Of a DNA stretch of 64,000 nucleotides, positions 24,803-37,143 are shown piece by piece. Under the pieces are notes generated by a model. The model was not told the DNA's origin. It saw nothing but the letters and a program-made list of their open reading frames with translations, and searched no databases. A program made the position numbers and the translations under genes. Position 1 is the stretch's first letter; each line of letters opens with the position of its first letter. Location: NCBI GenBank assembly GCA_035084275.1, contig CM068754.1:8990001-9054000 (forward strand), read 5' to 3'. Source of the DNA: Hydrolagus colliei (lineage: Eukaryota).

Positions 24803-26696
24803 TGATTTCAACCAGGGCAATGGCTAGGATGCCTGGTGACAACTTGGGCTCGGGAGGAGAAAAACCTTTGTTACCAATTCTGATTCTTGAATGCTATCTA
24901 GTGGCAGCCTTCCCCTTCACTTGTCCAATGTTGGATGTGTTTGAACCCATCTTTGATACCCAGCAGAGCCAAAAGGCCTGCCGACTCTATCTGTTAAGAT
25001 TTGTAACATAAGCTCCAGTGAGTGGCCGGTGCTTGTTAAGCTATCAGTAGAAAGGAAAAGGAGTTTAGGGGAAAAAAACTTGTTCGGGAGAGGACGGCTG
25101 ACAAGAAAGTGAGAGAAAAAGTTGCTGTTAATGATTTGGCACTTTAAAAACGGACTTATTCTCTGCAAGGCTGAGGGTGCTTCATTCAAGTTTGTGTCCG
25201 GATTTCACCATTTGTTTGAATTTCATCAACATTCTTAATTAGCAGACCAACCTAATTCATTCAGATTTGTTCACAAAACATGCCAGCTTGTGCTCACGTG
25301 GCGTTGATAAATTGTGGAAACTATTAGCTTGAAAGTAACTGTCAGGTTTTATTTGTGCTGGACATCAGTCATTACATTTTCTGGCTTCAGTACACCTCGG
25401 GCAACAAACAAATTCTAGAATGAATCACTATCTCTCAATTCCGTTTTTCCACACACCCACATTGTTGTGGATGCGAACCAACCAATAGTTGACCTCAATG
25501 ATTAGAATAAGGAAGATAAGTGCCATTTTGTTGACTAAATTCAAACTTTGTTTTTGTAAAACTGTTTGCAAAGAAATGCAAACATGGCTATGGAAGCTGA
25601 ACTAAACTTGAGTCGTACCTGACTCTTTCATTCTTCCATTTCGATACGTGGCAAAATGGAATTGACCCTGATTCTCAAAGAAAATTCAGTTTTGACAATT
25701 GCAACATGAATACCCTATGATGGTACCTGTTTCCCCCACTGATGCAATTTTATTGAATCCCATTCCCTTTTTTTCTTCTTGTGGCTTTTAATATTAATTT
25801 TCCTACAGTATTTATCCAATGCCTATTTTAAATGCTGTCATAGTCTTAGTTAGCTTTAGTAGATTTACAGAGAGCAGTGCACCCGTGGAGCAGATAGAAG
25901 CAACCAATTCTAAGTGAACATCGGCCTTTCGTCCTCCACAAGAACCGGATCAACAAGCATTTATGAAAAGATTTCAATGCTGAAGATCAGCAACAGCATG
26001 TGGCCACATGCTAATGGACATACTAGGCTAGGAGATCACAGTTTTGGTTTGCGTCCTACCAGTACAGCAACACACCATGTGTCCTGTAATATACACGAGG
26101 AGCTAGCACTTTCCGCTGGGTTTTAAAGTAGCAAAAAGTTGTGCTGAGGTCCTGCTGAGGAGTGAGCCCCAGCAGCTTGTTTGGTGAAGTTTCCTTTCGT
26201 TTTAATTTAAATGAAATATTTTTAAAAAGATTTACAGTGAAGAATGAAAGTACAACAGCTGGCGTCTGCTCCACATTAGTTATATTGGAACAATCATTGA
26301 GTGGAATTTTCCTCTCACACACTTATGCATAACAGGAAAATTGTATGGCATTTAATAGAAAATAGCATGGTGCTCTGAGACATCATGCGATACTGTGCCA
26401 TGATATTTTAGCCCGTGGCAAGCCTTGGATACTTTGTGCAAAAGTAGTTTATGGGAAGAGGCCCAATTCCAACATTTCCTTCAAGACATATTCCACAATT
26501 TATAATCTGACACTTTTTTTTGCCACACTTTAATCTTCAGCTTGTTCTCAAACTACAATCAATGTTGGTAAGGGGGTGGGAAGGGAAATGACTAATGATA
26601 TTGTATGATCAAAGTGCTGTTTGAAAATCTTGTGTGATACTTTTAACATGTTTTTAAATTATGGTTCGATCTCTTTGTGCTTGACTAATATCAGTT

Positions 26697-27212
26697 GACG
26701 GTCTGGCTCACATGGTAGCACTCTCATCCCTGAGGCAGAAGGCTCATTTCTGGAATTTGAACCCACATAGGACTGACACTCCACTGCGGTGCTGAGAGGA
26801 GAGCTGCAATGCCCGAGATGCTATCCTTCAGATCGGAAGATAAATTGATGTCTCATTTGCCTGTTCAATTAGGTGTTAAAAGATGCTATGACTATTGAAA
26901 AAGAGAATATTCTAATAATAATAATCCTGGCATATGAAAACAAAAATGCCTGATCGCGTCATTGGAGATGTTTCAAAGAGCTCAACAGAAAATGATGTAA
27001 AGTGGAGTGAGGAGTGACTGTATTTTATGGACGAGTTTCTCCCAGTGTCCTGGCCAACAATCCTCTGCCCCCCCCCCAGACAGAAAAAAAATTGTCATTC
27101 ACTTCATTGTTGTTTGTGGGATAATGCTGGGTGCAAATTGGATTGACTTGGTAATTCCTATGAGATGTCCTTCTGATGTGGAAGGTGCTATATCAAATGT
27201 AAGGATTTTCAT
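26697..27212 (+). mobile_element. Degenerate SacSINE1/AmnSINE-type DeuSINE, with an inverted SINE-tail fragment inside at ~26910-27030
   Basis: ggctcacatggtagcactctc...ctgacactccactgcggtgctgagg, the Deu-like core cattgttgtttgtgggataatgctgggtgcaaattgg, and tail gatgtggaaggtgctatatcaaatgtaag. Confidence 0.7.
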
Positions 27213-30200
27213 TATTGCATTACCATTGCCAAGGGATATCTGTCGTTGAGAAAACTGGGGAAAGCAACAGAAATAAACCTATCCCTTTGAAAATAGGTTT
27301 ATTAGCAATAAACAGAAACAAGCAGGGATAGCTCCTTAATTAAGTCCTGTTACACGGTGGCAAGATGAGAATGGTCATTACATTTGAATTGGAAAAGTAG
27401 AACAATTAAAATAATTAAGCAAACTGAGAGAACATAATTTGATTGAAGTTCCCTCTGTAGTTTTTTTCCTAGCCATCCTAAGCAGTGTGGTTTCAAACTA
27501 AAGACTTTCTTGGCAGCTTGTTGATATTAATACATGGAATTTAAGTTTTTTTTTAAAAACAAAAAAAAGCATGTGAGCTCAAACTTGCCACAGGGCTGTC
27601 ATTAATCTTTGCTATAAACCGCTCCAAATAGCAGTAACTGTTAGGCATTAGTTCTGGTTGAAATTAGCATTTTTTCAAGAGTCCAGTCAGGCGTCACTCT
27701 GTTAGTGCATTGGAACCAGCTTTCAGGGTTAAAAGCTACAGAAACTGGCTGTAAGATGCATTTGGGTGCTCGCCAAAACAAACCCTCGGAGGGGGGGGAG
27801 AAAAAGAAAGTCATTATTTCCATGAGATGAAAGGCAATAGTAAAATAAGATGGAATAGTGATATGCTTAATTAGCATGCATCAAACACCAGGGTTGCACA
27901 CATTTTCATCTTTGGAGTTTAAAAACTAAATCACGAAGCTGATTTCCAAATTGATGTATGCCATGATCTACTTATCAGCAACAATAAAGCATTCATTCAT
28001 AGCAAAGCTTCCTACTCACTCCGTCCAGTGCATTGAAATAAAGGTCAAATCATCACAAAAAGTGCAGAGTGTTGTTTACACTGCACTTTTGATATGGAAG
28101 CCTGGCTTACACTGTAAATCTTCATTTATGCTTTGACATGTTTGTCAATCATGAAAAAAACCTATTTATGGACCAATCTGAAAGATTGATCAGAATTGTT
28201 TTGCTGACTGAATATCAGCTTCTGTAGCTCGTGAGCTGTGAACCCAGAACAGTGTTGTTCCACATTTATTACCCCCTGAGCTCTTTCGGAGTCCTAACTT
28301 TCTCTCTAATGCATCTAGTAGTGGCATACTTCCACAGCACTGCTAAATGCTAGAAATGTATCAGTCAAATCTCATGCTCCCATTTTCACTGACAATTTCT
28401 ATCACGTACTCACTATTTGGCAACTAACAACCTTGACACTATTTGTTTAATATGAGGTCTGCACAGCAAATCTGACAACAAAATTACAAAAGTACTAGTT
28501 TATTCTTTGCCTCCATGAATCCTGTGTTGTCATCCTTTTTTTTCTTGAGACCTGAAGACGTGTTTCTAATTGCTGGTGTTGAATGTGTAACAGTATTATT
28601 TTCTTACCAACTGTTAACTGTTCGTCCAGTTAATAGTAATGGTTCATAAGTTATGGATTTGGAAAGAATTAGAAATAATTATCAAAATTATTCTGAACAT
28701 ATGTCCACAATGTGATTACCAGTGTTCAGGTGCCCAATCCCATCACTGTAACTCAACCATGACACTGGATCTACACCCCTGTTGTTAACTCCAAACATGA
28801 CTTATTCCAGTGAAAGATAACAAGTTGTGTACTCTAGTTGAATAACAATGGAAAACTAATGGTAAGCACCAACCATGGCGTTCTGTGTCCAAAAATGGAC
28901 ATGGTTTGCTTTTAAAGGCAATTCACACTGGTTTAAATTCTGCAAAATTTAAAATTCTTTAGATTTGCATGAAAAAAGATTCAGTGAGTACCCCCATGCA
29001 AAATAACGCATTAGGTTAGCATAATACTGTACAAACTTTCAATATGAAAATACTGTTAAGATTATTTCTCAATCGTTTGTTGTATATTGATGCAATAAGC
29101 ATACCAACTAATAAGCCTTGTTGGTTACCTTTGATTTTCACATTTCTTTGCTACTGTCTACATTCATAAAGCAATGGTTTTACATTTTCAAAGTAAACCA
29201 TTTCTAATTGGTTCAGAATGCCCAAATTCAATATTTTTTTAAAAAAAGATAGAACTCACTGAATTTTCAATTAATTCTCTTTACAAATATTTTGCGGAAA
29301 AAACTTTTCACATCGTGAAGTACATTCTTCAATGTCTAACTGCACATTAACTCAAAACTCTTGAACACATAATTTTGTTACACAAAATCACAATGCATCT
29401 ATTGGTAGGTGCTGCCTACAAAAGATTCAAGTGGGACCATTGCACAAAATCCTATATCTGTATGTCTGGGCTTGAATTCTAGAATAATTCACACTTATCA
29501 CAAGAATGGGTAACAAAATATTGCAGAAAATGTCTACAATCTGATCCAAATTATCCAAAGTGCAATGTGTATAATTTAAGAGTTTTCATTGATGAATTCC
29601 ATATGGTATATCTTCTTTGCAAGTATTGACTATTCATCGGTGCAGTTTCTTTACTTTTCTGTTCCTCTGTCTTTCCATCTGTGCCAAGGTCATATCCTTC
29701 AGTCACTTCAAGTGTACCTTTTTATTTTTTAACTTTTCAGGCTGATAAAATGTATAGGGTAAATCGGGCTATGCCCCGAAATAAAACAAACCCATACTAC
29801 TCATTTCACTGTCAGTTACTCTACATGTTTGCACCTGCTTTTCTCCCAGAAGATATAATTCTGCTTGACAGTGATGGATTAGACATTTACTACAGGGAAA
29901 CCCATAGCTATAACAAGTAAAGATACACAGGCTAGCGAGTACTGTTCACCAGAACAACTGATGTCTTGTTAAACTCTTAAGTGTCGAGGCAATTAGTTTG
30001 TTGTGGTCTTTGGGGTTTAGTTGGGCTGAGGGGAATTTGGGTTTTTGTCAATATTGACTAGAGGTTATTCTACATGTGGTCCCTGTATTTACTTGACTTA
30101 AAGCAATATGTTGATCTTAGCCTTCCTCTCCTGTTTTGGTACCTTGCTTCTTTTGGGCAGCAGATTTGCTATATTTTGTTTTAGAGTACTGTACAACTAT

Positions 30201-30349
30201 GAGCCTTCTGGGAAGTGTCCAAAACTATTTATTCACCCAGCTCTGGGTGGAGATCAACTGCGACTCATTCTAATAAGCAAATCTCCTGTCACCAGTTTCT
30301 GATAGTACTCCATAATTAAGAGGAAAGATATGTTCTCTAAAACCTTGTA

Positions 30350-30700
30350 ACCAGTTCAACATAGATGTGCTGTACCGAAGGGCTCCTTATCTACATCCCA
30401 GTAATTCCCCCCAAATCCACTAAGCCAATGCAGTAGTATAGGATAGTTTGGTGTCCCTGGGCTAGAAAGGGAATCAAAATGTTTGACATTACATCTGATC
30501 ATTAACCTAGCACCCCAGCTGGGAAGTTAAACGTGTGGAAATGTCAGCTGTGGATATTATTGGGCTCAGCTGTGATGCTCACCACAGATAATAAGCTAAA
30601 AATAACCTTATTTCTTTGGATTCACATATGAATAATTACTTGAACATGGTACCAAGTCACAGCCAGTAACCAGAGAACTTTAACTTTCGACGAATTGGGA
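30350..30700 (+). repeat. Ancient SINE-like repeat, homologous to 48690-48990
   Basis: Both copies share gggctcagctgtgatgc and ttcaca.atg...catggtacc. Confidence 0.55.
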
Positions 30701-30789
30701 AAAGTAAGGCAATGTTATGCCATTTGTCTTTTTCTCATCTCCCCGCCCCCCTCCCCCTTAATTAAATCTGTTTTTGAAAGCTGCCCTAC

Positions 30790-30870
30790 CTTTCTCCTTT
30801 TGGCTTCTCTTTATATTGGGTCCATTATCATGATCAACGTGCTCCCCGTCTCTAGTCCCAGGCAGGCCAG
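30790..30870 (-). CDS. DACH2: Dachshund homolog exon, 81 bp, phase 1-1: (S)GLPGTRDGEHVDHDNGPNIKRSQKEK
   Basis: Acceptor ttctttgcaacag| and donor AAG|gtaggg. Resembles the recalled DACH1 segment LPGPKEGDLAGHDMGHESKRMHIEK, and supplies the G of the Asp codon in ...EK|DET. Confidence 0.85.
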
Positions 30871-32210
30871 CTGTTGCAAAGAATTGTAACATTATTCCAC
30901 AACTTTGTCTGAACCACAACCAGAGATGTTATCTGATAACATTCTTTCTGGTTGCCACAAAACTTCTAGATGTTAAATTGCCTGGTAATGTTTGGTCCAG
31001 ACCCCATTTCCAAACTCTCCTTACCCACTGATATGTTCAGTATCGCAACATTGCATTACACTGCATATGTTCCACTGTTATTTGCAGATAAAATGCTCCT
31101 GTTCAAAAAGACGAAGAACGCTCCTGTCTTGACACTATTACAGTACATTCAGTATTTGCAGTCTATCAATGTTGACTATTGTATGTCCTGAAAATATGAT
31201 CATAGCTATTATATAAATCAATGTGAAACCGATGCTTCCATAAAGGCAGAAGGGTGTTTTCATTAAGGTCTAATAAAAGTCCTTGTTTGTCCAGAAGAAA
31301 AGATTTCTTACGGAAGTGAAATAAAATTAAAATTAGCTTGTTTATTTTTAATATAGATTTTTTGATACCTTCATATAACACTTATTATAAACTACCATTA
31401 AAAAGCAAGGACAATATGTTTTCAATTTGAGATTTAAATTCTGAAAGTGAAGTTTGCAATTATTCTTTATTTTTGGCTAGCATTTGAATTAATTATACAA
31501 ACAGGTTTTAAAATCTCACCTATAAAAGAGATCTTAACTATCTTTCTGTTGTGAAGTGAACACATTTTAGTCAACACATTTTGTTCAGCTTTTGCCAGGG
31601 TTATCATGACCTGGTAATTTTTAGTCCTATTTGCAGCGTGAACATAGTTATGGTTTCAGTATTGCAATATTGCTTTAGAATATTTACTAAGTATTATTTG
31701 TGTGTACCCAAGTATGGAGCACGATTTAAGCTTATAGTGCTTGCTTTGCAATCCTTGCTCTGGGATTATTGTCACTGAACACTCACTATTGGCTGCACGT
31801 TTGCCATTGATGCCCACCATGAGATCCACCTCTTCAAAAAAGAATGCGAAACACAATAGAACATATCACATATTATAGTAATTGCAGATAAAACATTAGC
31901 GATTTGCTTACAGTCTCCTCTTGTGGTCACGATAATACTTACAAATCACTAAAATTTCATTATCATTAGCTGACCTCCATTCAAAGTGATTATTGCCTTG
32001 TAATCATTACCCTCTCCCTATTGATTGGATCAATAATTATGTAATATCACACAGTAATGTGTTGTTAGTTACAGATTAACCATGCTGCGTTTAATATTGA
32101 AGGTAAGATTTAGAATTGAGGTCAAGTGACCTAACTCGGAGACTGCCATCTGGCAGAGTTATTGGTCTGTGCAATAGTATGGTGTTGAAGCAGCAAAGGA
32201 AGTTGCTTAC

Positions 32211-32346
32211 ATATTCTGTCAGCAGCAATATCATGTTGAGATGGTGAACTGGAAACACTGCTGCTCTGGTGTGAAGAGGGGTGACTTCTTGGTCGCTGAC
32301 TGTCTTCAAGGGAGGGTGCTGGAGATGGGCTATTGTGAACCCGTTC
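32211..32346 (-). CDS. DACH2: Dachshund homolog exon, 136 bp, phase 0-1: ERVHNSPSPAPSLEDSQRPRSHPSSHQSSSVSSSPSQHDIAADRI
   Basis: Acceptor tttgccaatag| and donor |gtaagc. Contains the Dachshund motif SPSPAPSLE...SSSVSSSP. Confidence 0.94.
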
Positions 32347-32506
32347 CTATTGGCAAACAAACATCCAAGAGGTTATGACATTTTAATGGCAAGGTGGATC
32401 ATTTGCAACATTTCAAACAACGAGATTAATTGATATAATTCTATGAAATTTATACTAACTCAACCACATATTGTTACTGCTGCTGATACTGTGGTGACAT
32501 TGAAGG

Positions 32507-32797
32507 CCCCACCATCGGAGGCCGGGCCTTCAGTTTCTCCACTCCCACCCTATGGAATGCCATCCCTCAATCCCTCCGTCTCGTTTCTTCCCTTTCCTCT
32601 TTCAAGGCCGGTTTGAAGACTTTCCTCTTCGACCGTGCCTTTTGTTCCACCCCGAACTCTTCGACCTCCCCTTCGTGTTTCACCCCTTCCCAAACACTCC
32701 CTTTTCAGCTCGGGTCACACGCCTCCTGTGCAGCGCCTTGGGACGTCCTCCCGACGTGAAAGGCGCTCTATAAATGTAATTTGTTGTTGTTGTTGTT
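32507..32797 (+). mobile_element. L2-clade LINE 3' end, same young subfamily as 17329-17716
   Basis: Nearly identical to 17420-17716 (compare the two MECHPSIPP... ORFs); (TTG)n tail. Confidence 0.9.
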
Positions 32798-35700
32798 TTA
32801 TATACAGTATGTAATGCTTTTCAATAGATTTTTGTTCCAAGTATCTTAAATGCATTTACATGGAATACTCCCGTTGAGTGATGCAATGGCACAACTAGGA
32901 CATCCAGCATTAATATCAGATTGCGTAACTATGAAAACTAGCCCTACCCATTGAATAATGAATGCACTTTTCTACGTTTGTAACAAGGGAAGGGTTTTTA
33001 AATTGCATGCTTCATTTATCACAAATAAGGTGAGTTGTGAACAGTTTGGGGCAGGCAGAACGAAGCCAGCAAAGGGAGTGAGTTCATGTGTTTCCACTGT
33101 TTCTCTCTTGACCCTTACAGGAAATAAGCTTGTGTTCAACGGACTGTGAATTAGCTGGCCCAGATATCCTGCATATACAATATGAATGACATTAGTGAAT
33201 TCTTTACTGATCTAAGACCGTCTGAATGGATATTAATGCCACATTTGTAATAATTTACATTTCAAAAGTAACACCGTGGTCCTCTTAAAGGATCAGGACA
33301 CTTGCGGTTATGATGTCAGAGTCTGTGGGTTTTATTCTTTAGCCAAACTAATTAAAACATTCAGCTTCTGCCTCATCAGTTCTCTGTCCTTTATTCCATT
33401 TTAGAAACTAATTTCTTCATACACAATGGCTATTACCATCACTTTTTACTAGTATCAAATGTTTATATTTGTGCGAGGTATTCATCTTTCCAAAAATGAA
33501 AAGGATTGTGAATTGAGTCCCCGAAAGGTGATTAATTAGTTGCTGTCAGCACTGGGGCTTGTGTTTCCTTTGTGAAATTGTGAGCAAACCTAGGATTTGT
33601 AATTGGCGCACACTTTGAGTTTTGTACCCTACTCCTGGTTTAAATGCTTCTGTAATGGGCAGTGGGCTTGCTTGGCAGCACAGTGGCTAAGCAGTGTAGC
33701 ATCAGCTGTTTACAAATGGTCACATCTGTGGATTAGTGCTGAAGCTCTACACGCATCTGGTGCTATTAGCCAGTGAAGCCACTCGGCTGAGACTGGTATA
33801 AAAGTAACAGGGCTGGTATAATCGAGTCAACCACAACTGACTTGTGCTTCACTACTGAGAAGAGATTGTAGCTATTTTCACTCCAGGTACATGTGTTTTT
33901 CGTGCTACAGTTGTTTTAACGTTACTTTGTCTGATAGAGCAAGAAATTGCAGCCGGACATTACACTCCAAATCGCTCTTGCCTCTGGAGCCGAGTTCTAG
34001 GAATAGTAGAACTCTGTGTGTGTTTGGTTGTGCAATGTTGCTGAATAACTGATAATTCTTTTAAATTATTTACGCACTAAGGGTACCACATGCTTTCTCT
34101 AGCAGCAAAAGCATAATGAACCTCGCGGGAACGTTTAAAATTACTATTTGTTAAGTTCAAAAGCTCCCTTTGCATTAGTCCCTGTGAACCCAGAACTGCA
34201 CAGCAGCAAATGCCATTGATTTTCTGAGAATCGAGTCACAGAATCCAAGTCACTTAAACAAGAGTTGCCCCACGTTTCTAAATTCTGATTCGATGAAGGA
34301 AAGCATCAACTTGACCTTAATTGTGAAGTATAACTAGTGCATAAATCTACACCTAATATGGAAGGGCATCGTGGAATAAACGATCGGACCCTCGGGAGAA
34401 TTGAAACATGAATCTGGGCCACTGTCTTAATGTATTGTTGTTTATTTTAAGGCATGACTAGTTTAGGAATTGTGCTTAAGTGTGTAACTAAACAAACCTA
34501 TTATCAGTCAGTGCACTAATGAGTGGACATGCATTCTGTTACTGTAGCTCCACAAGCAGTGCCTCATTAGGCAGCTACTATTCTGTGGAAGCTGGTTTTA
34601 AATCTGCTAAGTAACTATATCATTTGCTAAATAAATGAAATGAGTAATGACATGACATTAAGCCAAGCAGTAAAGGCTTAATGATGAAAGCAATCATATA
34701 TGTATGAGCACAGTGAAAGTGCATAGACATACAAAAACGTGTTTTCCAAAACCATTTTTTATGTGGTATAGGCGACCTCCAAGGCCTCAGCAATGATGTG
34801 CAAGGATTGGTAGGCGAATGGTGGTTCAAGTGAATTATCTTTTGAGTAAGAAAATTGTTCATTCCTCTCAATGGAATTATCTACAATTTTCTGGGTTTTA
34901 ATCCCAGCAGTTACCTTGGTTTTAAACAGTAAATTTACTGCTAATTATGGACTTAGATTTAAAAAGTCACCTAACACTGCAAGTTCTGTAGTTATTTGCT
35001 CGCCAGCTGGCCATGGGTTTGTTTCAGGAATAACAAGAGTTTAAAAGACCAAGTTGCTGACATTAGTTGTGTGTGTCTCTATCAAAGATGCTGCAGCAAA
35101 GGGCTTTCTGTACTGATGCAAGTTGTGTTCATGTTACTGTAACTACTTCCACTGTTTGAGCGTTAAAATGATCGCAATTGTGAACAATATTGAAAGACAA
35201 ATGGCTACAGACTGTTCGGAACATAGGCCCTTCTACTTTAGCTCAGAATATGAAGCAACAAGAGTTTAGTACAATTTAGTCAGGATTCACTGTGGAGAGC
35301 TGAAGGGGTAACATTGGTCCGAAATGTCTGGGAGATATGAGCTGTACACCTCTAGCTCTGTCCAGTTAGACATGATCTACATGGACTGCCGCAGTGAGTG
35401 ACCTTTAAGACTCTGCGATTCTATAATCAGAATTGAATTAATTTTTAACTAACCTTGTCCTTAATGCATCATTACTGCACTTTTGAGTTATTAATTGTGT
35501 TCCATATAAGCATTAATATTTCAAACCCTGAGAATTTGTGATTTTTTATATCTACAATTCACCTTTTGTATATTTTATACATAGCAACTGTATTAATGTT
35601 CGAGGAAAGGCTAGAGGGAGACTTTTAGTACCTAAACACATGTTTTTAAATCTTCCAAGTTAGCAACATTTAACCCTTTCTCCAGCACCCATCATTTTGG

Positions 35701-36404
35701 GACCCTCTTAAACAGTTCCTGATGTAAGTGTTGCTGGGAAACCCACTTGTATCTCTTTGTTTTTGACATGACAGCTAAAGCTTCAGGCTGCCTTCGAGAC
35801 TGTTTAAAGGACATTTCCTACTTTGTGCCTAAGCTAGGAAAGGATAAATACTATTCTCTACTTTGATGAGGTTAACTTTGCGTGGTTCTGATCACACCTG
35901 AGGACTCTGCCTATGACCATCACCCCTTTCTCCCTGACTCAACTTTGAGCCCCACCACTGTTAGACGCTCCGCATGTGTAGGACACTATATTGGTGCTAT
36001 AGTACAAGAGCCTCAGGTTTCACCACTGGACTAGTGCAAACATTTGTGCTAAGCTTCCGAGACGATGTTGCTACGAGATCGAATCGGCATATGTTTGAAT
36101 GGTACCAAATGCGAGAAGAGATTTGGATTGGTTTGACTCGATGGGAACAAAACTAGTCACTGAATATAGATGCTTCCTATCAGGTGGTAAATGTGTTATC
36201 CATTCCCCCAAAAAAGTATGAGTCAATAATTTGAACATGTTGTCAGTATTCCCACGGCCTTTTCTTGGCTGTTAGAATTTGAGCCAACGGCTTTGCAACT
36301 CTACTGTACTTTCAACAGCTTGGTGGTCCATGTACCACCAATGGCTGGTGGAGGGGGAATTCAATGTTAGAAATCTATTGATGCCTTTAGACATTGTGAC
36401 AGAA

Positions 36405-36458
36405 ACGTGGGAAGCCAGCACGTCCTCCTAACGTGAAATACGCTAAATGTTGTTGTTG
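36405..36458 (+). repeat. Short L2/SINE tail remnant
   Basis: acgtcctcctaacgtgaaatacgctaaatg(ttg)n. Confidence 0.55.
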
Positions 36459-36970
36459 CCCTCTACCTATCGAGAATCGAAATTCAAATGTGGAAAGATT
36501 TGTTTAGGTAGAAGGAAATAAACTGCAATATCTATGTTGTGTTGGTATGACTGATTTGAAGACAAGTTCTCAGTCTTATTTCTCTCCCCAGTACACACTG
36601 TAACAATCAGCAAAGATTGAACAGGAAGCTTGCATTTCAGGGGCCAAATTCTGCACCAGAACTACAGCCGAGAGCATTAAAACATGACTGCTGCTCTTTG
36701 AGCAGAGATGCAGCACACCACAGTGTACGTAGAGCCGAATGTGTACCTGCGTTCTCTTGCTGGATCTAAAAATGATCTGCAAATCTGAAATCACCATATA
36801 ACACTGCTGTCCATTTGTCGTCCTATTTTTAAGGCACACCAAGTAATACTCCACATCCCTGCACAGAACAATCTACAGCCTAAACGGTATTCTGACTCTG
36901 CACAAGGGTAAACAAAATACTGACGAATCAACCACGTACAGTGTGTGGATTGCAGTGGCGTTTGTCTTAC

Positions 36971-37143
36971 CTTAATCACGGAAGATCCTGCTCGAGAAAG
37001 GGGACTGTGCATTTGGGCTGCCACAGCCATGTTAGCTATGGTGCTGAGGTGACTCATCTGGCTCATTGCCATGGTAACTGAAGCAGGAGGGAGACTGACT
37101 GGGATGAGGGGGTGGGGCATCATCATGAATGGCAACTCTAGTC
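36971..37143 (-). CDS. DACH2: Dachshund homolog exon, 173 bp, phase 1-0: (R)LELPFMMMPHPLIPVSLPPASVTMAMSQMSHLSTIANMAVAAQMHSPLSRAGSSVIK
   Basis: Visible in ORF 36791..37228. Acceptor ccaaaaaag| and donor AAG|gtaaga. Highly conserved Dachshund motif. Confidence 0.96.

Noticed and set aside
25619-25726. AG...GT-bounded segment on the minus strand
   Set aside because: Stops in all three frames and a poor pyrimidine tract.
29655-29717. Peptide EGYDLGTDGKTEEQK loosely resembling the DACH linker
   Set aside because: The acceptor is purine-rich and a much better exon exists at 30790-30870.
33795-33803. TATAAAAG box
   Set aside because: Isolated motif with no downstream gene or other promoter evidence.
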